Assembly (NCBI GenBank): GCA_043228905.1
Contig: JBHGNT010000006.1
Location: forward strand, 17,422,001 to 17,486,000
Source of the DNA: Azolla caroliniana
Taxonomy: Eukaryota > Plantae > Polypodiophyta
Direction of reading: 5' to 3'
Length of the DNA stretch: 64,000 nt
Of this stretch, positions 19,638 through 31,900 are shown piece by piece. The notes beneath the pieces are model-generated. The model was given only the letters and a program-made list of their open reading frames with translations. It did no database searches and was not told where the DNA came from. Each line of letters starts with the position of its first letter. Within the stretch, counting starts at the first letter, position 1. Position numbers and translations under genes: made by a program.

Positions 19638-22600
19638 TGTTGGGAGACAGGTCCCTCCTGATGGGAAGGGAGAAGAACAATGTTGATGAACAAGTCGGCC
19701 TCGGCGAAACCGTATGAGGAGTACCCGGCTACGGAGAGCTGGATGGTGCAGACCCGGTCAGGACGGGATGAGGAGTACCTCAATCCAGTGAAGAACGTGC
19801 ACTTGGAGAAGTGCACTGATTGTCTGGCTGGTAAACAAAACCGGACCTCCTTCGGATCGAGGCCACCGATGAGACGTAATGCACCACTGGATTTGGTGCA
19901 TACTGATGTATGTCAAGTGGAAACGAAGTCACATGCCGGATCGCAGTACTTCGTGACGTTCATAGATGACCACAGCCGGAAGCTGTGGACCACACCGTTG
20001 AAGATGAAGGATCAGGTGCTATCCGTCTTCAAAGAGCTCCACGCGAGAGTGGAAAGAGAAACCGGCCGGAAGCTGAAGGCGGTTCGAGCTGATAACGGAG
20101 GAGAATATCGAGGGCAGTTCGAGGAGTACTGCCGCTCGACGGGAATCCGGCTCGAATTTACTGTGACGAAGACGCCGGAACTAAACGGGCTGGCCAAGAG
20201 GATGAACCAAACCATAATGAAGAGGGTCCGGAGTATGCTAGCGCATGCAAAACTACCCAAGAAGTTTTGGGCTGAGGCATTGTCGACGGTGACATACGTG
20301 ATAAAGAGATCACCCTCAGTACCCTTGGACGGAGACACCCTTGGACGGAGACACGCCACAGAGAGTTTGGACCGGTAAGGAAGTGTCCTACCGGCATCTG
20401 AAGGTGTTCGGGTGTCTCGCGTACGTGCATGTAGCTAAGGACCAGAGAGGAAAGTTAGATCCAAAGACCCGGCCATGCATACTCCTCGGTTACGGCGACG
20501 ATGAGTTCGGCTACCGAGTGTGGGACCCGATCGACAAGAAGGTATTCCGGAGTCGAGATATTATTTTCATGGAGGACAAGACGCTCGCCGACTGGGAGTC
20601 AAGGAAGAAGATAATGAACTCCGAGTCGACCGGTAAGGATAGACTCTACAATGAACAGACCCAACCGGCAAGAGACCGGTTAGCACTCGAGGAGCCAGCC
20701 GGTTACGGTAAGGATATTGAACCGGCAGAAGAAGAAGTAGAGGAAGCTAAAACCGGAACCGGCCAAGACCCCGAATCAGATTCGGATGAAGAGCAAATAG
20801 AGGAGCCAGTTACCGAAGCCTAGAGACGGAGATATCCTCTAAGAGAGAGAAGGGCCCCCCGGAGATTTCCGGATGCAGAGCATGTGGTGCTAATTGATGA
20901 GGGGAAGCCGGAAAGCTTCAAAGAAGCGAAGGATGACACCCACAACCGAAAATGGTTAAGTGCCATGAAGGACGAGATGGATTCCCTGCATGAGAACCAT
21001 ACGTACGAATTGGTGGAGTTACCGAAAGGAAAGCGGGCACTCCGAAACAAGTGGGTGTACAAGTTGAAACCGGGAGATGCCGGCAACCCCCCGAGATACA
21101 AAGCCAGGATCGTGGTGAAGGGGTTCCAGCAGAAGAAGGGCGTGGACTTCGACGAGATATTTTCCCCGGTAGTAAAGATGACCTCCATCTGGACGGTGCT
21201 GAGTATAGTGGCAAGCATGGACCTCGAGGTAGAGCAGCTAGACGTGAAGACGACATTCCTTCACGGTGACCTCGAAGAAGAGATCTACATGCAGCAACCG
21301 GAAGGATTCGTGGAGAAAGGGAAGGAGCACCTGGTTTGCCGGTTGAAGAAGAGCCTCTACGGGTTAAAGCAGGCCCCTCGTCAATGGTACCGGAAGTTCG
21401 ACTCCTTCATGACCGATCAAGGGTACCACAAGACGCAGGCCGATCACTGCGTGTTTGTGAAGAAGTTGAAGGAGACGACTTCCTGATACTCCTTCTGTAC
21501 GTGGACGACATGTGGATCGTGGGACGGGACCAAGTCAAAATACGGATGCTGAAGAAGGTTCTCAACCGGACCTTCTCAATGAAAGACTTGGGTCCGGCAA
21601 GACAAATGTTGGGGATGCACATCATTCGGGACCGGTCAGCGAAGCAATTATGGCTGTCACAGGAGAAGTACATGACAAAGGTGCTTCACCGGTTCAACAT
21701 GTCAGATGTGAAACCGGTCGGATCGACACTTTCGGCAAACTACAAGCAATCCGGTAAGCAAAGCCTGAAGACGAAAGCAGGGAAGGCGGATATGATGAAG
21801 ACTCCATATGCCTCTACCGTCGGGAGCTTGATGTACGCAATGGTTTGTACCCGACTGGACATAGGATACGCAGTTGAAGTGGTGAGCTGGTTTATGAGCA
21901 ATCCCGGCAAGGAGCACTGGAATGCGGTGAAATGGATACTTCGGTATTTGAAGGGCACTTCAAATATGTGTCTCCAATTCGGCTCCGGAAAACCTCAACT
22001 TGACGGTTTCACCGATTCGGACATGTCGGCTGATGTGGATACCAGCCGGTCTACATCCGAGTATGTAATGACATATGCAGGGGGAGCTGTTTCGTGGCAA
22101 TCGAGGCTACAGAAGACGGTTGCATTGTCAACCACGGAGGCGGAGTACATGGCAACTGTGGAAGCTCGGTATCCGGCAAGATGAATACCGACTCTATTGT
22201 GACAGTCAAAGTGCCATCCATCTTGCTAAGAATGCGGCCTACCATTCCCGGACGAAGCATATCCAGCGAAGATATCACTGGATCCGGGAAAGAGTAGATG
22301 ACCAAGAGTTCGCACTGACGAAGATCCACACGGCCGAGAACGGGTCAGATATGCTGACCAAAGTGTAGATACCCGACAAGCTGGATGCATGCCGGAAGAG
22401 GATCGGACTAGTAAGACATCCCATGCCGGAGTGAAGGGGGAGTTTGTTGGGAGACAGGTCCCTCCGGATGGGAAGGGAGAAGAACAATGTTGATGAACAA
22501 ACTCGGCCGAGGCCGAAACCGTATGAGGAGTACCCGGCTACGGAGAGCCGGATGGTGCAGACCCGGTGAGGACCGGATGAGGAGTACCCGGCTACGGAGC

Positions 22601-23255
22601 GCCTGATGGTGTAGGCTCGGTGAGGACCGGTTGAGGAGTACCCGGCTACGGAGAGCCGGATGGTGTAGACCCGGTGAGAACCGGATGAGGAGTACCCGGC
22701 TACGGAGAGCCGGATGGTGCAGACCCGGTGAGAACCGGATGAGGAGTACCCGGCTACGAAGAGCTGGATGGTGCAGACCCGGTGAGGAATGCTCACCGGA
22801 TGAAGAGACATATTCATAAATATGTTTTTGAGAGTCCATCGAGGCTATATTTGTAAATAGCCGAAAAGTCATATTAGTATAAATATGACTTAGGGCAAAC
22901 TTTTAACTCACTGTTGTTATTATTTCTTGCCCGCGTTAGATCAAAGCGCGTAACAGTGTACAGAGAGAGAGAGAGAGAGAGAAAGAGTTCGTTGCCTCTG
23001 TTGTAACCGCCGCCTGTGGCGAAGATCGTGAGCACGAGGTTGTTGCCTCCATGAACTCACTATTGTACATTCTAACATAGTGATAGTTTGCAGCCTGTGG
23101 GCTGCCGTGGTTTTTCCCTTAGTTTGGGTTTTCCACGTAAACATCCTGTGTACCCTTCTCTTCTTTGTGTTGTGTTTTATTTACCGTTTTCTGTGTATGA
23201 TTCTAAGCTCGGTTGTGGCCGAGCGTTGCGTATAAGGAGCGTACAATTCTCGACA
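19638..23255 (+). mobile_element. Ty1/copia element C (sister of B), internally deleted, nested in the RNase H of B
   Basis: Perfect TSD AGTCG (19633-19637 and 23256-23260). The 5' LTR is cut at ~19778 and joined to pre-integrase sequence. INT-RT-RH remnants span 19780-22433. PPT and 3' LTR present. Confidence 0.92.
22445..23255 (+). repeat. 3' LTR of copia C with a 5 x 54-bp U3 tandem repeat
   Basis: TGTTGGG...CGACA. Units start at 22525, 22579, 22633, 22687 and 22741. Confidence 0.93.
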
Positions 23256-23642
23256 AGTCGAGGCTGCAGAAGACGGTTGCGTTGTCAACCACGGAGGCGG
23301 AGTACATGGCGGCTATGGAAGCCGGCAAGGAAATATTATGGATGAAGGACTTCATCAGAGAGCTCGGTATCCGGCAAGATGAATACCGGCTCTATTGCGA
23401 TAGTCAAAGTGCCATCCACCTTGCTAAGAATGCGGCCTACCATTCCAGGACGAAGCATATCCAGCGAAGGTTTCACTGGATCCGAGAAAGAGTAGATGAC
23501 CAGGAGTTCGCGCTTACGAAGATCCACACGGCCGAGAACGGGTCAGATATGCTGACCAAAGTATTGATACCCAACAAGTTGGATGCATGCCGGAAGCGAA
23601 TCGGACTAGTAAGACATCCCATGCCAGAGTGAAGGGGGAGTT

Positions 23643-24234
23643 TGTTAGGAAACAGGTCCCTCCAGATGGGAAGTGAGAAGAACACTAAGGAAGAACCTAG
23701 TGAGAACCGGATGACGAGTACCCGACAAGAGCTGGATGATGAAGGCCCGGTGAGGAGTGCTCACCCGATGAAGGGACATATTCGTAAATATGTTTTCTGA
23801 GAGTCTATCGGGGCTATATTTGTAAATAGCCGAAAAGTCATATTAGTATAAATATGACTTAGGGCAAACTTAAAGTTGTTGTTAATGTTGTTGTTGTCAT
23901 TCTTGTTGGCGCAAGATTAGAGCGCAACAGTGTACAGAGACAGAGAGAGAGAGAAAGAGACGAAGAGTTCGTATCTCTGTTGTAACCGCCGCCTGTGGCA
24001 AAGACAGTGAACAAGAGGTGGTTGCCTCTATGTTCATCTATTGTATATTGTTACATAGTGATAGTTAGCAGTCAGTGGACTGCCGTGGTTTTTCTCGTGT
24101 TTGGGTTTTCCACGTAAACATCCTGTGTACTCTTCTCTCCATTGTGTCGTGCATTCATTCCCATTTTTTCTGTGTTTGATTCTAACCTTGGTTGTGGCCG
24201 AGCGTTGTTCATCGGGAGCATGTAGTTCCTGACA
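23643..24234 (+). repeat. 3' LTR of copia B
   Basis: Follows the PPT and matches 9598-10193. Confidence 0.95.
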
Positions 24235-24239
24235 TTGAC

Positions 24240-27120
24240 TTATCATTCCGACCGGATAGCTGATGTCAAGTCGCGTGATAGTCAAGTAAATAAGGCTTCC
24301 AACAATTTGTCGAAATTGTTTCTCATTGCAGGCCGGTCCGGAGTTGGGACGAAGCTTTTGGTTCCGGTCTAAGGGTGTGGAGATAGGTCGGCATTCCATC
24401 ATGCCGAGCTTGTACAACATATTCAGCACGTAATGGCGTTGTGAGAGCAATATGCCGTCTGGGGTTCGGATCACCTCGCCTTAGAAATTAATGAAGGTCC
24501 CCCAGATCCTTCATCTCAAATGCGTTCGACAACTGGGACTTCAAGCGATTGACTTCTGGAACACCCGGTCCGGTGATGACTAGATCATCAACATACAGTA
24601 GTATACATACCGGACCGGCTAAGCCTTGCCGGATGAAGAATGAAGAGTACGATTTGGAGGCCACAAACCCCATCTTACGCAACCGGTGCGTGATCTTCGC
24701 ATTCCAAGCTCGAGGGGCTTGCTTCCGGCCGTACAACGACTTCTTTAACCTGCATACCACCGACTTGTTCATCTCTGATTGAAAACCAGGAGGCTGAGTC
24801 ATAAAGACTTCTTCTTCAAGATCACCTTGAAGAAATGCATTCTTCACATCCATCTGATGAAGTTGCCACCCCCTTGCCGCAGCAACCACCAGCACCACTC
24901 GAACCGTCGTCATCTTTGCTACAGGAGCGAAGGTCTCGTCGTAGTCGATTCCGTGGGTCTCCGCGTATCCCTTCGCCACTAACCGGGCTTTATACCGGTT
25001 AACAGAACCGTTGGCGTTGTACTTTACCTTGTATACCCACTCACATCCGATCGGTTTACCATGACGAGGAGGGTCAACCAGGTCCCATGTCTCGTTGGCA
25101 TCGAGTGCCTGCATTTCTTCGTCCATAGCGGCACGCCAAATTGTGTCCTTTGCCGCTTCTGCGTAGCTCCCTGGCTCACGCACTTCCGCCACCTTAGTCA
25201 TGTACACATAGTGGTGCGCCATGTACTCATTGTACCCGTACCGTTTGATGGGATCCTTCTGGCGGGTAGACCGGCGTAACTGACTGTTACTCAATTTGAG
25301 GCCCTTCTTGGCCGGATCGGTGTTTGTTGCCGAAGATCCGCCTTTCTGCTTGCCGGAGTCGGACGCACATCGATCCGACTCATCGTTGCTGGTTTCGAAT
25401 TCCGACATCTTCTTCTTCCCCTTCTCTTTGCGAGTGAACCGTCTCCTCGGTTCCTTGCGGGGGGAGTGCACGACAGAGTCTCCACTACTTGCCGGTTCCT
25501 CATCGGACTGGTCAGTTTGACTCAGTCTCTCGTTCAGCCCGCTCAACCGAAACAATTCCAGACTCTCATCCTGAGTCCACGCTTCATCATCATCTACCTG
25601 GGCCGGTTTAGGCTCATTACCCTCATCCTCCGGCATCGGGTCAGATTCGGAAGTCGGGGTTGGTAAGGAGTACCACGATGCCGATTCATCAAACTCGACA
25701 TCTCGACTAACTCAGACATGCTTTGTCCAGGGGTTATAACACTTATAACCCTTTTGCTCTTGAGCATAGCCGATTAGGATGCATTTTTCCGATTTTGTAT
25801 CCAGCTTCCTCCGCTTCTCATCCAGTACATGCCCATATGCAATGCTACCGAAGATCTTAAGGTGTCTCAAATTTGGCTTGCGCCCGAAATACAGCTCATA
25901 AGCTGACACCTTGTCACCGATCCGGTTTTGGATGTAGACAACCGTTCGGACTGCCTCCGCCCAGTAGAATTTGGGCATGCTCTTCTCCTCAAGCATTGCC
26001 CTTGCCACATCAATAAGTGACCGGTTCTTCCTTTCGGTAACACCATTCTGTTGCGGTGTGTATCTGCAACTAAACTCTCGCCGAATTCCCGTTTGCTGCA
26101 GATAACTGTTGAATTGGCTGGAAAAGTATTCTTTTCTCCTCTCCGATTCCCGTTCCACCATGCTTTGGAGACTCCGGAAACACTCGAACACTTCACTCTT
26201 CCACTCAATGAGGTAGATCCATGTGTGCCACGTATAGTCGTCGATGAAGGAGACGAAGTATCGACTCCTGCCAAGACTAACATTCTGTGTTGGTCCCCAC
26301 ACATCCGAATGGATAAGGTCGAGCTTGTTACGGCTCTGGTTACGTTCGGTAGGGAATGGAAGCTGGTGTTGCTTCCCGAGTTGGAAAGCTTCACATACAT
26401 GGGCGTTCCGGCCGCTGAACTTCGGCAAACCGAAAACAACTTGTTTCGCTTGCAGGTCTTGAAGCCTCCAATAATTGACGTGGCCTATCCGCTTGTGCCG
26501 CAGATCGATGTCTGATTCGACCTTCTGTTCTTTTGCAAACAGAGCGGTGCCGATGTCATTGGTGTCGAGGATAAACATCCTCCTGTCTCTGCGCCCTTGC
26601 GCAATAATCTGGCCCTCTTCCTCGATCAAGCACCCGAGGTGTGTAAACCGCACCTACATCCCTTGGTCAACAATCTGTTCGACCGACACCAGGTTCTTCG
26701 TGATTGTCGGAACGCTCTGAACTTAGATGCCATGCCCCGAAGACAGACCTGTACCATCTCGTCTTCCTCTACGGTAACGTTGATAGAGGCAAGAGAGTCA
26801 CAGATCTCTTTGATCTGGGCCGTGTAATCCGCCACCGACATCTCTTTCTGTCGGACATTGCTCAACTCCTGTCGGATATGCAGCTTCCGGGCTATAGTGC
26901 TCACGGAGAAAACCTTCTTCAGGTTTCCCCAAGCCTCCTTCGGCGTCTTGGCATCTCGGATGTGGCTCAACAGCTGGTCTCCGAGACTGGACGCGAAGCA
27001 ATACATCACTCTGCTTGCCGATTGTTCCCACACTGGGAAATCCTTATGTGCCGCATCAAGTACTATTTCGTTGGCTCCTTCGACGAAACTCCAGTAGCCA
27101 TGCCCAAGCAGGTACTGGTG
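24240..27120 (-). pseudogene. Copia A gag/INT/RT (degenerate; protease region largely deleted)
   Basis: HQYLLGHGYW...AWGNLKKVF; LDLIHSDVWGP; TPQQNGVTERKNR; RYKARLVAKGY; LYVDDL. Confidence 0.9.
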
Positions 27121-28720
27121 CAGTCTTTCTTTTTCTTCCTTCAACCGGTCATATGTTTGATGACCTTTTCTCAAGCTTTCCTCTGCTCGGCGGAGGCTGT
27201 CGACCGTCTTCCTTTGTTCCTCCTCCGCCGCTTTTTTCAGTTCTCACTCCCTAGCTCGTAAGCCTTCTTGTGCTGCCAGGTCTTCCTGTAATGTGGCGAG
27301 CTCTTGTGCTAACATTTTATTAGTATCCGGGCCTACTGCAATCACCAGGGTCTTATTGTTCTGTAAAGTTACCGGAGCCACCGATTCCGATTGTTGTAGT
27401 CCTTCTATTACCAACTTGGCCATTTCTATTCTGGCCTTCTCTATGTCTTCATCCATGCTCCGGATTCTTGACCAGGCCTTCGCTAATTCCTTTGTTGTGG
27501 CTAACAACCGGTCTTCATGCGCTCCCTCTTCCGCTTCGAAGTGGCAGACGACCCTGGTCTCCTTGTTCTGCTATCCATCGTAGCCATTGACTGCCGGTGC
27601 CTTGTTGTCGTGCCGGTTCTGGTTGTTGCTGCTACGGCCATGAGCCTACTATGGATGGTTACGTCCAACGGTTGCTCCGGTTCTGGCTGTTGTTGCTATG
27701 GTGGCGACGCTGGAAATTCATCTTCCTCCAAGGTCTTGCTATTGATTAACGTTGTCAAGGGGTTCTGCCCCTACAGTTTGTCAGGTTTAGGGGTTCTGTC
27801 TAGCGCAACTTGATTTTCATAGGTCTCACCGGAGTGCTTACCGATGCCTCCTTCTCTGCCAGCCGCTTTCGATTAGGCTGCTTCTTCACCTTTTGCAAAG
27901 TGTCGGCCTCCTTCTAGCCTATCGCCTGGGTAGCCTGGAGGTGTTGCCGTTTTGAAGCTGTTTTGGGGGTCGATTCTCTCGGTCTTCCCCGGTTCCTTTG
28001 TTTCATGGGCTCCACCGGTGGTGCTAGCAGAGTGAGCCATTGCGCTATTGCGGTCCACATCTTTTTGCCATCTTTTACTGAGATGATGACAACGCTCAGG
28101 CTGTCAGTGATCATCACCGACCAATCCACCTATACTCCCTCGTAGGTGGCTATGATCAAACCGGCTCTATTCCTCGGCATAGCCGGTGGTCGGGGGTATA
28201 CATGACCATACTCGTGGAGTACCCGAGCAATTTCCCGAAACAATAGGTCTTCACCGCCTTGCGTGTGGTACGCCTTGCTGCCCAAGGAGTATTCTCCAAA
28301 ATACCTCGTCAAAAGCTCCTGTGAAGGGTTGTTGATCGAGTATATTCCCCCTTCCGGTAAGCTGGTCAGGGCTCAGATGGCTTCCTCTGTGATGACCTCC
28401 GTATCTATGTTTTTGACAACATTTTCCGCATCTCCGTGCGGCGGTGCTTCGACTATCCTAAGAATCCCTCCAGACTGTGTTGCTTCAGCCATTTCTTAGC
28501 CGCTTCTGAGAGTACCATGCATTTCATGTCGCTGTTGGAGTCGGTAGGTTGTGGTAAGATTGGTGCGCCGGTGTGTTCTTTGTGCTCTCACCTGATCACT
28601 TGTAATCGCTTATGTGCGTTGAGATCTTTGTGTTCGCGAAATGAAAGGGACTCTGTGCGGCAGAGGTTTTCTTTCTCCATGTGTGGCGCCTTTTCTTGAT
28701 TCCCGTGTATGCATTTCCTG
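27121..28720 (-). pseudogene. ORF3 remnant of element D
   Basis: YFGEYSLGSKAYHTQGGEDLLFREIARVLHEYG...VDW...WTAIAQWLT, homologous to ORF3 of E and F. Confidence 0.8.
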
Positions 28721-28999
28721 CACTAATATAGCAGTCAGTTGACACGTGGTGCATTTTTTAAAAAGGGCTTTAATTAGCCACCCACAACACCTTTTCAAAG
28801 TGCCCGTTCGCTCCTTGCCTCAACATGAGGACTTCTTCTTCTTCTTTTTTTGATAGTTGAAGTTTTTAGTTAACCGGAAGCACCGGGTCCGTATCCCAGT
28901 TTTTCTCCATATTCACGTTTGCCGGCCACCTATTCGTCGTTATCCGGTAACGCCAACTCCGCCTAATTGTCGGGTACTTATTTCCTACTTCCTACTCTT

Positions 29000-31900
29000 G
29001 CATCAACGTCCGTCTGCTTGAACAGATTCTATGGCATAGGTCCACAATATGGTTTGAGTCGAAACCCATTGACCTATTTTCCCATTATCTCATCGGCAAG
29101 CTTTCCGAGCTGATATGAACCGTTGAATTCCTGCGTTATCCAATACGGTTCAGTCCACCGGAACCGTACCTTTCTTGGCATCTAACCCATTCGAGTCTGG
29201 AACACGAGTACCAACAAACGCCTTCCTTTGTCACTACTCAGTTCCAACTGCATGAGACTTGTTATCCGATGCTCCTCGAGTTCGCATAATGCGGCTAACC
29301 GGATTTTTTCCAATTCCTTTTCAATTAGTTGTTCTCTAACTTGTATCCACAAACTCGGAACCTAAAATTCAACTGGCATTACTGCTTCCAACCCAAATGC
29401 TAACTGGAATGGCGTTGACCGGATACTCGTTTTGTATGTCGTCCAGTATGCCCATAGTGCATTATGCATCTTGGTGTCCCAATCAGTCCGGTTTTCATTG
29501 ACGATCTTTGGCAAGATGTTTTGGAGTGTTTTGTTTGTGGATTCGGCCAGTCCATTGGCCTATGGATAATAAGGGGTATTGCGCTTGTGTACCACTGCAT
29601 AGAATGTTCTTAAGCTCTCCACTACCTGCGCTAATTAACTCGATCGGGCATCCATACCGGCACCAAATGTACTCATATAAGAACTTTGTCGTTGATGCTG
29701 CAATGTTGTCCGACAAAGCCTTGGCTTTTACCCACTTGGTGCAATAATCGGTGGTGACTATAACATATCTGTTGCCGATTCTCATTGCCAGAGGTTTAAA
29801 CGGCCCAACGAAATCCAACCCCCATTTCTAAAATGGCTCTAAGGGTAGCACCGGCTGGTGAGGCATCCTTGCCTATTCTGTTGACATAAATCACAGTCTT
29901 TCGCGTACTGAACTGAGTCCTTCAGTGTCGTCGGCCACCATAGCCCACTGTGCCATATCTTTCTTGCCGTAGCGTCCCCAGCATAGTGCCCTTTGGCAAC
30001 GCCACAATGCGCTTCTCTTAATATTGTGTCCTTTTCGTCGCTTCGCACTGCTCGCTGTTGTATGCCATCCGCACCTTTGTGGTACAGGGTGTCTTGTAGT
30101 AGACAAAAATGTCAGCTTCGTACCGCTAGCCGCTTCCGCTCATCCCGGTTCATCTCCTCATGTGGGAGTCCCGTGCTTAGGAATTCATGCATGTTGGTAG
30201 GCCACTTGTCTTCGTTGACGACCGTGTTATCTACTGCCATTTCTGTTGTTACTTTAAACAACTCGGCATCCAGAAACTCATCTGGGACTCCATCACCAGT
30301 CTCGCCAGAGTCTAACCGGCTCAGATAATTGGCAACCACATGTTGTATTCCGGCTTCCGGCTAGCATAATAAACCGGTCAGTTCCATTTCGGTTCAGTCA
30401 GTTCCATTAGCGCGCTACCGATTGCTATGTCGGACGCATCAACAAACACGTGGAATTCTTTTGACTAGTTCGGTGGTTGCACCACCGGTGCTTGTGATAG
30501 CATTACTTTCAGTGCCCGGTAAGCCTTATCCTCCGTATTTGTCCATCGAAACGGTGTCTGGTGAACCGCGACATACAATGGTGTAGCAAGATCGGCCAAG
30601 TACTGGAGCATCCGGCTATGCCACCAGATTTGCCCTAGAAACTGACTCAAAGCTTTGGTCGTGGATGGTGCCGGTGCTTCTAAGATTTCTTTGACCTTAT
30701 CGGGGTCTACCGCAATCCCGTCCTTGCTAACAAGATGGCCCAACAATGCACCGCTTGTTACTCGAACACACAGTTTGCTGGATTAAGGCTTAGCCGATAA
30801 CTCCTACATTTCTCAAGACATAGCTGGAGGTGTTGGAGATGTTCTCCTTATTGGCTATACACGACAAAGTCATTCAGGAATACCTACATGAATGCGGGAA
30901 TGAACTCGCCAAATATTTCCATGATTATTCGTTGGAAGGTCGCGGGCGCGGTCTTCAGCCGGAACATCATTAACACTGCGATGAAAACTCCCCATTCGGT
31001 CACAAACGTTGTCTTGTCTTGGTCATCGGGGTGCATCCTTATTTGATTGTAGCTGCTGAAACCGTCTAGGAAGCTATACACTTCATGACCAGCTATCGCG
31101 TCCAACACTCCATCCGTAAATGGAAGTGGAAAGGCGTCGGTAATTGTTGCCGCATTGAGTTTCAGGTAATCGACACACACCCCGATCTTACCATTCGTTT
31201 TCGGCACCATGACTATAGGACTTAACCATGTAGCTTTTTTCATTGGTCGGATAAAACCGACCCGTAGCAACTTGTCCTTTGCCGCATAGTTAGGGTTCAT
31301 CTGGTAACGCCATTGTGCTATCGGTTTGGCATCCTTACTGAGGTGTATCTGGTGTTGGTACAACTGAGGATCCAGCCCCCGCATGTCTTCATAAGACCAG
31401 GTGAATACGTCCTGGAATTCCTTTAATAAAGTGATCATCGCTGTCTTGTTGTCCGGTGACATTTCCTTAGCAATATGAACTGTTCTTGCGTCGTCCCCGG
31501 TTCCTCTAACTGGGATGCTTTCACGCGTTGGGATACCGCCATCTCCCTCTCCAGAGCTTCCTATGCTTGCCATTATTCTCTGATAGCTTCCTTATTTGGT
31601 TCCTCGCCGGCATCACCCAATTGTGTTAAATACATGGTGACTGCTTCTGCCACATCGATTTCAAATAGGGGTACAATTTTTGGGTTTTCTTCTAAGTATT
31701 GGTCAACCTCTTTGTCAACAAGCCCCTCGAGCATGTTTACACCTTCCGCATATAGCGGTGTCAGCTCCTTGCTGGTACTCGATCGAGGGTGGGTAGGTAC
31801 CCTTACTTTAGCCTTTCCTCGCGGGAATGTAATCATGTTTTTCCACCGGTTTTGTTTGATATGCGCCGTTTTTAGCCATGGGCGGCCCAACAACAGTGGG

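Larger units (their letters stand above)
10224..23632 (+). pseudogene. Copia B gag-pol in three segments (10224-10254, 16036-19637, 23261-23632)
   Basis: MDESLGCMFK|LTGSNYSVWKSKM; zinc knuckle CFYCGKPGHFQKNC; protease WVVDSGASFH; INT LELVHTDVC; RT YKARIVVKGF and LLYVDDML; RH VSWQS|RLQKTVALSTTEAEY. Several stops and frameshifts. Confidence 0.9.
9598..24234 (+). mobile_element. Ty1/copia element B, Tork (Tnt1/Tto1-like) lineage, two LTRs, degenerate ORF
   Basis: LTRs 9598-10193 and 23643-24234. TSD CTGAC/TTGAC (1 mismatch). tRNA-iMet PBS and PPT GAAGGGGGAG. Confidence 0.92.
7925..27120 (-). mobile_element. Ty1/copia element A (5'-truncated; hosts element B)
   Basis: Order gag-INT-RT-RH on the minus strand. 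The RT frame ISYPVGMISQ|FM*KPTVEHL rejoins across the B insertion. PPT and 3' LTR present. The 5' LTR is lost at the fusion with element D. Confidence 0.85.

Noticed and set aside
22275-22872. Repetitive antisense ORFs
   Set aside because: They are by-products of the 54-bp U3 repeat.
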